Assembly (NCBI GenBank): GCA_900088475.1
Contig: FLMG01000972.1
Location: forward strand, 1 to 64,000
Direction: 5' to 3'
Length of the DNA: 64,000 nucleotides
Origin: Hyphochytrium catenoides
Lineage: Eukaryota > Protista > Hyphochytriomycota
Of this stretch, positions 47,417-60,139 are shown piece by piece. Under the pieces are notes generated by a model that saw only the letters and a list, made by a program, of their open reading frames with translations, was not told the origin of the DNA and ran no database searches. Every line of letters begins with the position of its first letter. The first letter of the stretch is position 1. A program made the position numbers and the translations under genes.

Positions 47417-50400
47417 TTAGAGATCGATCACGATGATGTCCTCATCCACCACAGGAGATTCTGGGCGCTCCGCTGACTCGATCTTGCCATTACCCTCGCC
47501 TTCAGTAAGGTAACAGAATCGGTCAACAAGGAAGTTCCAGCTTCGCCACGTAAAAAGCTGACTTACCTGTGGAACCGGGCTCCACCATTTCATCAACACG
47601 TTCCACAGTCCTCTTGACCTGCTGCTCAGAGTTACGTCGCTGAAAGAAGTCCATAATGTTTCCCTGGCGCTTCTTTGATAAAGCGGAAAGGCCCTCGGGA
47701 GAAGGAGACCTCCCTCTCGATCCATTGCCCTTTACGTCCCTAGTGGTTTCTTTTCCAACTTCAGATTCAGGACCTGCCCTTGTGGTGCTGACTGTAGCGT
47801 TCTGTTTTTGTCCGGACACTGAGGATCGCTCCTCCCCCGATACAAGGTATCGGGGCAAATACTTTACAATGAGAAGCGTCCGCTTCTGTAAGGACTTCAC
47901 CATTGCCGCCTAGGACAAGAGAAGTCGGTAAAGAACAAGTACAAGCTTGGAAGGTGGGAAGTGTGCCGGGGAGGCTTGCAAGTGCGTAGAAACAGTCACG
48001 ATGACGAGTAAGGGGGAAGCTATAGTCGTACATTGACAAGTCCGCCGCCAACATTTATCCCCATAGTGTCTCTCAGAATGGACTCCCACTCCCCATAGCC
48101 GTGCGCCATGATTCCCTGCAGCATAGAGCGGAAACTTGGATTAGTATAGCTCCATTGCCTAATATTTCGGAGGGTTGCCTATGTCTGTACAATTTTTCTA
48201 TGGTTGACCCTTGTCTCTGTCCTTCATACCCTACTTTGGGTCTTTGTGCAGACGTCTCGTACCTGGAGCACCTTCAGATCATGGTCCGGAGAGACCCAGA
48301 ATCTAGGGGTGCCACCTCTAAATTTTACATTCACAGCCACCATCTGGTTGATCGCTCGCAGAAGCTTTTCTTGAGGAAGGCGAAGGATCTGGGCAATAGT
48401 TTGTATTACAGGACAACGTACGAAAGGAGAGAGAGCCAGGGGATAGGCCGAAACCGTCAGTAAAGTCCACTTTCACAGGGCGAGGCAGGCTACTGACCTC
48501 CACCTGCACGGTACGGAGTAACTTCAGCCTAGACATGAAGTCCCTGGCCAGTGACGGTGTGATCCAGCTCCACTCCTGCGAGGACCCTGCGCTCTCACCC
48601 GATGGACTTGGTTCGACGCCTGAAGCCATCTGCTCAACCAAGTACACCCACTTAGCAATGCACTCGATACAAGAGACGCAGTTCTAACTAGCAACGCCAT
48701 CCTTACTGCATAACTGGGCCAACCAGCTTTCTTTCTCCATCCACAGGGAGCACTGGCCCAAACAAGCGGCACCATTACCCCCTTGCTGTATTTAGCGCGA
48801 GCTCTATAATCTCCTCCACTTACCATGTCAACGTGATTCACAATAATGGTCCAGAGTCTGTCGCAGCTTTGTCTTAATTGATTCTGCTCTATAGCATTGA
48901 GTAGTTCCGCATTATACTTAGAGTTACGCCAGGCTTCTAATGTCGCTGCCCAATCCACCCTGATAGATTCTGGCCGCTGATTATGAGGGTCATCGCAGCG
49001 GAGAAACGCCATAAATCCTTCGTATAGAGCAATTTCTTGCTGCTGGCGTTGGAGATGTGCTGGTGATGCCTGCAAGTGTGAGAATGCAGCGCCTTATGTT
49101 AGAGCCCCTGTCGTTCCCCCATGTTCTTTCATTTGCTACTCACCCTTTACCTTGTTGTTCCTTAATTATTACTATCTACGATAGCTCGCTGCCCCTCGTT
49201 ATGACACTTACCCTTATTTGCTTCACGGGAACGGGGACGGGAGCAGACCCAGAGAGCTTCAGTTCGCTACCCATCCTCCTCAGCTTCCCAGCAACCTGTC
49301 TGATCCTCTTGGCAAAAAACTTCGTGGAAGTGCTTTGGTTGGCCTGTTCGCTGAAAGTCTCTGAAATGGTATCCAAGTTCTTCTTAAAAGGGGCCCCGGT
49401 GGGCCAACCGTAAGTGTCTATGGCCTTCATGAGCTGGATATCGTCTCTCCCTACATCCCACCAGGAAAAATCATACTCTAACTTGGTCTTTAGGTTTGCT
49501 CTGAGGAACCCCATTATAGCATAAATCTCGTCCTCACTGGCACCATCTCCTGAAGTGCCAGAGAGAACGGCGTGAATTGTGTGGAGGTCTTGAAGCTGGT
49601 GGAGCTTTGTGGGGAAGTTTCTGCTCAAAAATTGCAAGAAAATTAGGTTTAGTAAGACAGAAGGGTAGAGACAGACGCCATAAAGAGACAGAGATAGAGG
49701 AGGTAATATGGGCTCATCATTCCGAACGAAGACAAAGAGGGAGCGCATCGCGGGGCAACAGCCAGGGACCACATTTAGGGGTCAATCAAGTGTGGGGGAA
49801 AGTCAATATTGCAGCCTCCGAGTACCTGAAGCTGTCCAACTTAGGAATGTCCAAGATCTGCTTAGGTTCTTCCTTATAAAGCCTCTGGCTAAGCTCACGT
49901 GCCTTGGAGAAGGGAATGTCTGAATTATCAGATCGGCGATTTGCCATGTTTTTCTCATCTTCTTCCTGGGGAAGTTCTTTGTGCTCTCCTGATTTCTTTG
50001 GTCTATGCAGGATGGAGTTGGCTAGCTGGTAGAAATCCTTACAGACGGTCACCAAGAAAGGTAGTTTGTGCATAAGATGGTCCTGCTCCCTTGTCACCTC
50101 ATGCTCCGCTATATTTTGCGTGATGGAAGGAGAGTCCGCTTGAGTGGTGCAAGATAGTCTATTCCTTGGGGTAGGACCCTTCGCCGGAGTCGTCTTGGAA
50201 CCCCCGTTCGAATCAACTGATGGGTTAGATAGAGACGACAATTCCTGCTTCTCATGTTCTCTTCTCCTTTGTGCAGGATTACTTTGCGGTTGGGCAGGAG
50301 AGGAATCAGAGTTAGTGGCTCCCGCATCAGCTGGAATATTCACTGCATTGTCTCTGCTTCTCATAGGGCTGTGCTGAGCTGTATGAATCTGAGGTTCCTT

Positions 50401-53400
50401 TCTGTCGGTTAAAGCTTCTTCGCTTGTGCTCTTATTCGTCATTTGCGACGTGTCCGGCTTCATTGGAACAGGTTCCGGCTTCATTGGAACAGGTTCCGGC
50501 TTCATTGGAACAGGCTCCACCTTCAGGCTGTTCTGGGCGTGATGCTGTGATAATGCAGCAGCGGCTGCTGCTGCTCGTTTTCGAGCCTCTGCCTTTGCCT
50601 TCGCTGAAGCGTAGGCGGCCCCTTCAACCAATTTTAGCACCAGCAGGCAGGAGACGAGTCTTGCATCATCTTCGGAGCACGAAGGATGGTCGATAAGCCC
50701 CATTATCTTCTCCCATCGCCCGTAACCGTAAGTGAGCAAGGCAGACTAAGACCGTCGGGCGAGATGTCCGCATCGCAAAGTAAGGTCAGCGAAGAGGACG
50801 CATAGACTTAGCTTCTACAAGGAACTGCAACTAGTAAATGGCTATTTACCTCTAATTGCTTGGAAAGCCTGACCCCTTTTTTGCCACCAGCAGTATCCTC
50901 CGAAGAATAATCCTGATCTGAGTCCAGATTAACTTCTGCGTAAGTCTTGGGTCGCGCAGCTCTATCTCTCCTTCTGGGCATGAGCTCATCTTGCTCTAGA
51001 GGGACCTGCAAGCCTACTACCTTCTCCCAAAATTTGGGATCGTCGAGTTCTGTAGATGGGTGCTTCTCAGAAGGGACAAAGCTCGCAGTCGAAAAGGTTG
51101 ATTTAGTGGACAGATGAGAGCCCTTGCCATCTCTTACAATGGTAGTGGACTGCTGCTGCAAGATTTGGTCGATCGTGGCCTCACAAAAGGTTTTGCTGCT
51201 GATCATAGAGGACCCGTCCTTCTCCTCCTTGAATATATCATACGCTCCATTACGGAGCAGTGACTCCATTTCTGCCTTGCTAAGATTCTTGGCGTTAGAA
51301 CTAGAACCACTACCAACGCCAGCTTTGACGCCATGCAAAACTGCGTAATCAAGTCCTAACTTCAGCGACGCCCTTGAAAACATCTCCATCTCGTAAGTCT
51401 TCCGGGTAAGAAGACGGTATATACGCACTGGCTTAGTTTGTCCTATGCGATGGCATCGAGCCTGAGCCTGAAGGTCATTTTGTGGATTCCAGTCACTGTC
51501 ATAGATAATGACAGTGTCTGCTGCTGTCAAGTTTATACCTACACCACCTGCTCTCGTACTCAAGAGCATCACAAATATGTTGCCATCAGGCGCACAGTAG
51601 CGATCGATTGCAGCCTGCCTTTGGGCTCCAGTGATACTGCCATCAATCCTCTCAAAGCTGTAGCCACGCATGCGGAGGTAGTCTTCTAGTATGTCCAACA
51701 TGATCTTGAACTGAGAAAAGAGAAGGACTCGGTGGCCCTCCTTCTGCAGCTTGGGAAACAGCTTGTCCAAAAGAATTAACTTGCCGCTTGAAGAGACTAG
51801 GTGCTCTCCAGTCTGCTCCTGCTCTGTTGCCAGATTTTCCAGGTTAAAGTTCTCTACACCCTTCAACAGATAAGGATGATTGCAGCACTTCCTCAGCTCC
51901 ATCATAATGTTCTGCAAGCTCTGAGTCTGTCCGCCTTTGCAGCCTCGCGCTAGAAAGGAACTGTTTTTCTCAAAAATGGCTCGATAGTACTGCTTTTGGA
52001 GTATAGTGAGCTCGACTTCGATGATCACTTCTTCCTTGGGAGCTAAGGAAGTCTCAACGTCTTCCTTCATTCTTCTTAAGAGATACGGTCTAACCTGAGC
52101 GTGAAGTGCCTGCAACTGCCCCTCTTCCGTCAGGTTACCATACTTCTCCGTGAAAGAATCAGGATCATCAAACTCTTCTGGGTCTATAAAATTCAGTAAA
52201 TTCCATAACTCCTCAGTATTATTCTGTAAAGGGGTTCCGGTAAGCAGGACGCAGTCTTCATAGAGAAAGCTCTGTGTCAGTACCACTGCGAGCTTCGAGA
52301 ATCTGTTCTTCAGCCGATGAGCCTCATCAACGACCAGCAGCTGCCATTCAATGCTAGAAAGATAGCGCATATCGTTGGCGCAACACATCTCTGGAGACGT
52401 TATCAAGACGTCAAACTTGTAGACTTTTTTCGAGCCCTTCTTGTAGTAGAACTCGTACTTCCGGATGGCCTCCCTAGCTGCTGCACTTCCGTGGTACACA
52501 ACTACGTTGAGGTCCGTCCACGCTGCGAATTCCCTTGCCCAGTTACGCACGACGGAAAGAGGAACAACCACCAAGCACGGCGCGCCTGCTTTCTCCTGGC
52601 GAATAAGATGGTTAACAAAGGTGAGGGCTTGGACAGTTTTCCCCAAGCCCATTTCGTCCGCGAGGCAACTGTTCCGTCCATGGTACCAGTTGTAGATCAT
52701 CCAGTTCAGCCCATCCAGCTGGTACTCCCGGAGTTGATTGCCGTTTAGAACATGCGGAATCGCACAGTCTTCATACTTTCGATAGGTTTTAGGTTGTCGA
52801 TAGATGCGAGGGATCAACTTGCATTTACTCTTTGCTGTAGGTAGTCGATTGCGGCGTCTGTATTGCTCGATGGCAACAGGATCCGTCACATCGTCTTCCG
52901 CTTCCCAAGTACATTCATCGTATCCCAGCCCTTTCCATTTGACATAAAATAGGACCGTCTTAGCGCCTAATAAGACAGTAAGAAAGGGACAGGCAGCGGC
53001 AGGAACCTTCTTAAGTCCATGATGTGGCGATCGCAGCAAACGGTAACGGAGACATCAGTCCGGAGCTTTCATGAATAACGAACCATCCTTAGTAACAAAT
53101 GGCAGCAGCCAGGGCCAAGCATGCCTTGATAGCTTGAAGTTCAGAAGCATCTCAAATTTGCGCATTTACCTGAACCTCTCTTCTCGTCAAGGACCCTGTC
53201 CACCTCGACATACTCGGGGCTGAAGTACTCGTCAGACAAGGACTGATCAAGGCCACAACGCTACGTGTTGAAGGCAAACATAGGAAGGCGTTGCATTAGA
53301 ACGTCTCCGTTGCAAGTCGGCGGGGTGGATATGTTGGACACGTACCGAGAAGTATTTCTCAATCTTCTGAAGGGCTCTTTTGCCTTCAAGCCTCTCCATT

Positions 53401-54921
53401 GCTGATTTGCTCTCCCAAGAAATATGGATGTAAGCCAACCCCTTCCATTTTATCAAATAGCGCTCAAACGGCTCGCCATCATCACGATCCCCCTCGGCCG
53501 TACCCGTTTCCTTCCCCTCGTCTCCCAAGACAGTGCCATCTTTTACATATTTTGTATTCATGGCTTGCATCAGCTTTGTCCAGGACTAGATGAGAAGCAG
53601 GTAGAGGATACAGAGGGTCAACGATAGGGTCGGGTCCCATTCACATCGATGGCGCAAAACTCACCGCCTTGTCATGCTTCTCCCATCCTAACACTCTATC
53701 GATGACTAGGTCTCCGACATCTCCATCAGAACTCTCCTCAGTCTCTTCGTCCTCAGAGGAGGTTTGGGGTTTAGATCTCCTTTTGGCAGATGAAGTGCTC
53801 GTTCGTTCAGTTCTTGCTCTCTTTGGCTGGTTCTTCTGTACAGTGTCTGACTCTGGGCTGGAGGAAGAGCCGGCCCCTCCGGATTCCGAGAACAAACCAT
53901 CAAGGCCAAGCTCCGCTCCGGANNNNNNNNNNNNNNNNNNNNNNNNNNNNNNNNNNNNNNNNNNNNNNNNNNNNNNNNNNGGTCGGCCTGCTGTCGAAGA
54001 ACCTTCGTCCTCGTCATCACTTTCCTTCCCCCGGAAAGAGGAACGCTGCATCATACGAGTCCATGAGCTAAGTGCAGAAAGATCTAGGGCTAAGTCATTA
54101 AATACCTTCTTCCATGATGGGGCCTTTTCTGGGCCTGCTTTGACCCCGAGAAACAGAGCAATATGCGTGGTACCAATATATAGGCGGCTGTGAGGCGACA
54201 ATACTCTAGCTGTAAAAGAAAGGCGTCAACTACCTTGCTTACTGTTTCTCTGGCCCTTGGAGTCCTTGCAACATTCGTCGCAGAACCAATCTCCTCTAGG
54301 AATGGACTTCAGTGGCGGGACGAGGCAACTCATATGAAAGGGTCGGTTGCAACCATCGCAGAGAAGCATGCGCATGGGCTCATCGTTGACATCGCAAATA
54401 GCACAGGGGTCGTCGTCAAGGTCCTCATCTTCCTCGTAGTCTTCGTCCTCTTGCTGGTCCTCTTCACTCTCACTGGCAACAACTTTTCTACTTTTGCGGG
54501 CTCTCTCTCTGGGATGCCGCTCGAGTGCAGGCGTTGAAGACGTCAAAGGTTTACGTCCTGAAGATGAGGAGCGCCGTGACGGTCGGCGCTGAAGCGATGT
54601 CGCTGTGGACGCATTTCAAAAAGATCAGCAAGTCCCTTTACTAGCACGAAAGAGTTTTACAGGGCTGTCCATAGCTTACCGGAAGCCTCAGAGACCTTAG
54701 AAACCGTCTTGTCGGTCGAATGCCTCATTTCCAACACAGATACTAGTAAGGGCAAAGGGTGAAGATCAGGATGTGGAGTGATATGCGTGTCACGATAACA
54801 GTTGCTTACCCTGGTCTCTGCTGGCCGGCTGACTTCTCTCCGTCCGTCGAGGTCTGTTGGTCATGGTAGGTAGCTGCAACATCGGGGCTGAAGACGTCGG
54901 AGAAGGTAAAGATCCAATCAT
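47417..54921 (-). CDS. CHD-family chromatin remodeler (class III, CHD6-9/Kismet-like ATPase) with PHD finger, tandem chromodomains, SNF2 helicase and SANT/SLIDE; start approximate
   Basis: PHD CAIC...LLCDGCNRPFHMSCL...GDWFCDEC; chromodomains YLIKWKGLAYIHISWE and FYVKWKGLGYDECTWE; LADEMGLGKT, DEAH, DSDWNPQNDLQAQARCHRIGQ; LLTYGYGRWEKI; WWDVGRDDIQLM. Confidence 0.92.
50453..50515. repeat. 21-bp coding tandem repeat x3 (EPVPMKP) in the CHD gene
   Basis: tccggcttcattggaacaggt repeated three times, with the last base differing in the third copy. Confidence 0.95.
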
Positions 54922-55591
54922 CTCGCAATAAGTAGAGAAGCAGCTTAGAAAGGCACTTTTACATACATGTGAATGGGCCATCCGCATCGTCAAACAATGC
55001 CTCTTCGGAAGACGACGACTGGGAAAGGAAAGCTTCACCCTCAGACTGCGAATTGAAAGTCAGTGCTGAGCTAGTCGTGTTGAACGTAAAGCATTCTTAC
55101 GTCGGAGAGCTCCCTGTATGATAACCGTGGCCGCTTACGCCTGTTCATATTTGCCGGCGCTAAACGTCTGCTGCAAGAAGGTGCGTTCAGGGAGAAGACG
55201 CTCCAAGAGCAAATCAGCTTTTCTTTGCCATATGACAGTCAAAGCAGTTCACCGGACTGCAAGATCTCTGCGCTCTTCGTCTGTGCTGAGCTCGGCTGGA
55301 TTGAGAATGAGAACTGTCCGATGATGAGGAGGGAAGCTGGACACGGTCGAAGCTCAAAATGCGGCCCATTTCCGCAGTTTCTGTGGCGTTTCTCGCGGGC
55401 TTTTGGCGGCAAATTCAAACACAGTCTTTTACTTACAAGGAGAGCTCAGTTAATTTAGGTCACAATATCATTTCCTACGGAAGATTAGGTTGTAATTCCG
55501 GTAAATTTTGTCGTATTCCGGTGATTCGGTAAGCGTTGACGATGCTCTTCTTCAGCCGTAAAACTTGCCTCCTGATGGAGTTTTGAGCTAA

Positions 55592-55681
55592 AAGAAGAAG
55601 AAGAAGAAAGAAGAAGAAGAAGAAGAAGATGATGAAGATGAAGATGGAGAAGAAGAAGAAAAAGAAGAAGAAGAAGAAGAG
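55592..55681. repeat. (GAA)n trinucleotide microsatellite
   Basis: Direct read; interrupted by GAT units. Confidence 0.9.
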
Positions 55682-56001
55682 ACAAGGGCTACAAAGCGAG
55701 CTCTGGACTTTTCAACACGTTCTCCTCCTCCTCCGCCATCATTATCATTATATCAAGAGATTTCTGATGAAGATCGTGATAGTTATTGGTGGTTCCCACT
55801 TCCTTTCCATGGCCTTATGATAAATGTATATATAGCATTAAAGTAGTGGAAGATGATGATAGATAAGAAGGTCAGCATTGATGTCCGGTCGACTACTAGC
55901 GGTGGCGCTTTACGTCTTCATATCATCATCGAAAGAGGAGTCTCTTTCGTTATCCAAGAAAAACCTAATAATGCGCTTCAGATCCGGAAGCGTAGTCCTT
56001 C

Positions 56002-56061
56002 CCTTCAGGACTTGGACCCTTCTCTTGCTTGCCTTCAGGACTTGGACCCTTCTCTTGCTTG
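56002..56061. repeat. Perfect 30-bp tandem duplication
   Basis: ccttcaggacttggacccttctcttgcttg x2. Confidence 0.95.
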
Positions 56062-58004
56062 CCTGCCTGGTCGAGTTTGATGGTGGTCTTGGGGCTTTTC
56101 TTCTTCTTCTTCTACCCCACCTACTACTCCCTCGCCAATTGTCAATGCTGAGAAACTCATCAACTACTATTATAAAGGATAATAGTCCTTCGTTCGTAGT
56201 AGCTCTTGTCTCTTTATCTTTCTTCCATCTTCGGTCTCTTCTTCTTCTTGTGAGAGTAGTGGTTGACTCTATCTTCTTTTTCCATTTTTAATGCACTTGT
56301 TATGCAGCGCGACGGGCGATGTTACTGACGAGTGACTTTTCGACATTGTTCTCCCCCGGTAATATATGAACTGACAAAGAAGCTCCTCTCTCTCTGATTA
56401 AGAAACTTCGTTCAATCAGGGGGTTGTTCTATTGAACTTCATGGCTTTACGTGCCGGAAGAGACCACAACTTCTAGCTAAAGAGTCGGCGGGCCGGGGAG
56501 GGCGGTCTCTGACGTGCTCTGCTTATGCCTTACTGTTGTTCTTCGTTCTGCTCCGGACCAAGCAAATAGAAAAACGAACCTTCATCATGGACTTATCTTT
56601 GCGTTGACAGTGTTGGCTGCTCAATAACGGAAGAGCAGCATTGGCTGGGATGGGGTGGACGAGGCCAACATCCTGATGAGACAAACAACCAACGGTCCGT
56701 CCAATGTGAGACGCATGGTCCCCTCAAACAAGAAGCAACTAGCGGCGGCGGGGAAGGGGACCAATAATAATAGTAAAAGCAGTTGACTCACGTGGATCTG
56801 TGAATAGCTCTTGCCGCCTATTCATGGCCTGCTCCTGTGGTATCTCTAGAACAGACCCTGCCACCGACGCCCAGCGTTTCAGCAACCTCGGAGCTGCCGC
56901 CAGTGCCTACTTATTTCAAAGCTATTGTGTGGCCCATACCTTGGGTTCTTCGGACCAGATAGCGACATGACGGAACCAATGCAAGCGGCATCACTGAAGG
57001 GATAAAAAGGAGAGAAACCTCTCATCAGTCAACGTTCTGGATCCCTATCTGCGGTGCTACGAATAGAGCGCGAACCTTGACAAGACTCAGGGATTACTCT
57101 CGTTGTTCGTCTCCTGCCCGACACCTGCAGCAGTTCATCAAGGCCACAAAATGTAGGCAACGCATGAAAGAAAGAAAAATGGGATCCTTGCAAGCTTTTC
57201 GCACCCTGGTTTGGCGTCTCAGTTGTCGGCCCATCTAGCTTCCTTCGCCTATCTAGCCCTCCTTATATATCGGGAGGATTTAACGTACGACGCCTCCTTC
57301 TTCTCTCGACACTTCCAGGCACTTTAGGCCACACGATACCGGACGGAGGCGCAAAAAGCTAGTCTTCTAGCGCCCTTGGTCCAGATTGCAGTCTTCTTCT
57401 TCTAGAGATCAGAGTCTCTTTCTATTTGATTGATAAGGAGAGAGAAGAAGTGCGTGCTTCTGGGACGACGGAGGAGTCCTCGGTCAGAGCTGTGTACGGC
57501 ATGCAAAATACCGTCTCTATAAAGCGCGCCAAAACGCTGTGCCTCCTAAGTGATAGATGCTGTTCAACGCGCGCTGTCCGTCTCACAGGATGCAGCACAC
57601 CAGGCAGCCAGCGGTACGGCACACAGCTGCTGGTCGGCCGGCAAGCTGCTGTAGCTCCTGCTTATACTGCTTGGGAAACATCACTTGGCACTTGGCAGCG
57701 CTTCGTGAGAATCAGAATAGGCGCCATGTTACTATGGAAAAAGTTTGCCTTTGTCTAACATAAACATGGTATTACTACTGCTAAATCTTGGTAACACCCA
57801 CCACACCTCACTCTGAATGACAAAGTTGTTTTAGAGTTTACAAAGGAGAAAGCTGGATCAGGTCCAGCAGGCATTGCGATGTCAGTCGGCGTCGTATGGG
57901 ACAGAGGTTAGATCTCAACGCTCTCGCCGTCCGTATAGCGTGGTGTCGAACTGCAAGAGCAGGCTGACGTCTCCAATGGATCCAGGCTTGCCAGAAAGAA
58001 CTAG

Positions 58005-58842
58005 ATGACGTCCAATAGTTCTGATATTTTTGTGGGCGGGCTACCCGGGAAGGTACCGGATGGTCAACATCGGATTCTTGTTTTTAAAGTCTGATTAGGC
58101 TCTATCTAGGCCAAAGAGGAGGACGTCAAAGCGTACTTTGAGGAGCAGTACGGCCCTGTTGCATCATGCAGGATCGTCATCGACCGGGACACGGGGAGGT
58201 CAAAAGGGTGATGAAGTTGAAGCTGCTTCGTCTTGTTGTTACTGGGCTAGATGGCTAATGCAAAGAGTAGGTACGGCTTCATCACCTTCGTGGACCCAAG
58301 CAGCGCTCAGCTTGTGAAGAAGGAACAGAAGATAAACTTCATGGGCAAACTGGTACGGTACGCCTATTCGCTTTGCTTCTTTATATTCTTGAATTCCCCC
58401 GTTCATCCAAGCACTGACCCAGATGCACTCTTTAACTCTTTGAGGTGACTGTGGCAGAGAGATCTATCAAACGAGGAGCAGCCGCAGGAGGTGCGTTCAA
58501 GCTTCTCCTACAAGTCCTACCGGCATGCTACTACTAGCCTATTTTGTTCATTTGTTACAAGGGGATGGCTATGCAGGTTCCAGCAATCCCTGTCTAACCT
58601 CTTTCATAGCAGGCATACATTTACCTAGAGCATCCTCACCAAGGCAAGGGGAAAGCAGCCTTCTTCCTACAAAGAAAGTGACACCAAAGAATCAAGTCAA
58701 TACACCTGGAAGGCTGCCACGGGGTATAACGCAGGACCGTTTGACAGAGGATACAGAGCCCCTAATAGAGATCGAAGGGATTGCAGATAACGCTGATAAA
58801 GATGAAGCCTGCTGTGGACAAGCTCCAAGGTGCTCTGATTGA
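58005..58842 (+). CDS. Single-RRM RNA-binding protein (hnRNP A/Musashi/DAZ-like); 3' structure uncertain
   Basis: Spliced MTSNSSDIFVGGLPGKAKEEDVKAYFEEQYGPVASCRIVIDRDTGRSKGYGFITFVDPSSAQLVKKEQKINFMGKLVTV, with RNP2 IFVGGL and RNP1 KGYGFITF. Confidence 0.85.
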
Positions 58843-60139
58843 TTTGGATGTCTTACTCCTGAGTGACATATGTATAGAGAACTAAGCGTGTGGCTCCAGG
58901 ATGGTGACATACGTATATCGAGACGAGCCCCTGCCAGTACCAGTCTCTTTTTCACGGAGGGTACGAGTAGCTGCGGATCGGATGAGGTTTCGAGAGACCC
59001 CCTTACCGGTTCCGGCAGCTTCAGTGATCGATGAAGTCATAAAACGACATAACGGGGCAAGTGCATACCGAGGTAAGTGAACAACTGTCAGGGAGTTTAT
59101 GTTCGTCTCGGGCCTGACAGGTTCTATCCGCAAGATACGCCGATAGCCGTCCCTCCGCCACTTGTCTACAACATGGCAGACGGACCAGAAGGCTGACTTC
59201 ACTGAGTAAGGTCTAAGCAAGCTCTGTATGAGACATATAGAAGATCAAACAGAGGTGACAAATGTGGCACTACTTGTTCATTGACGGATGATGGGCACCT
59301 CCCTTGACACCCTCACCAAGATCTTTCATGACATGCCCAGCTTTCCTTCCTTCGCAGTTCCTGAAAATCGCTCCGGATGCTTCTCTACCTTTCATTGTAA
59401 ATAGACCGATGCTCAGAAGCGCTCATGCCTATGCTATCGTAGATGCTTCAACTCAAGTAACCTTTCGAAACCCTCTCACCGATGATGGTGGTACATTCCA
59501 TTGATAGCATAAAGAACCTCTACCTAGTAGTAGCGCTAACACTGTGGGCCTGTCCCTGCGCCTCAAAGCTCTCCTCTGGTCCTCATCAAGAAGTGTGCTC
59601 GACATTGTCTGCTTCACTTGTGGGAGCAGGTCCTTCAGGCTGTGGAAGGGCTCACTAAGTTCATTGCTGCACTGGCTTCTAATGGCTTGCAGATTCTTGG
59701 CAAACCTAATGGAGATGCCCAAGAGATGCTTTAACAATGGCGTGCTGTACAGATCCTGGACTCATGTCAATGGAACGTCTGATTTTGCCAATAGTGATGA
59801 ATATTATTCTAGATACCTATAACCTTAGGACCTTAAGGAGGTTGTTTCCCATGTTGAAGATGCACTTCATCACTGATCGAGAGTCAGGAGAGCTTGATGC
59901 TGAGAATCGGCCAACAAATGGCGCGACGCCCCGGATGAAAGAAAAGTCTAGAGCTTCAAGAGTAATAAGGCCAGACGATGTAATGATAGGTCCTAGCATA
60001 GGTTAAAGAACTGCTAGATGCCATCATCAGAGCCCGAAGGCCGCCATATTTAGACACCGTTTACTTCTTAGGCCAGGCCACGGAGTGGAGAGATCACGAT
60101 AGACTCGGGGGGCCTTGTTGTTCCGCCCACTGCTTAAAG

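Noticed and set aside
55491-56376. Possible solo LTR (TG...CA)
   Set aside because: No matching target-site duplication and no second copy in the window.
56388-56423. Hairpin CTCTCTGATT...AATCAGGGGG as an ncRNA
   Set aside because: A single short stem with G-U pairs and no tRNA, snRNA or snoRNA motifs.
58860-60006. Exon-like fragments downstream of the RRM gene
   Set aside because: No unique phase-consistent model or recognisable domain could be built; left unannotated.
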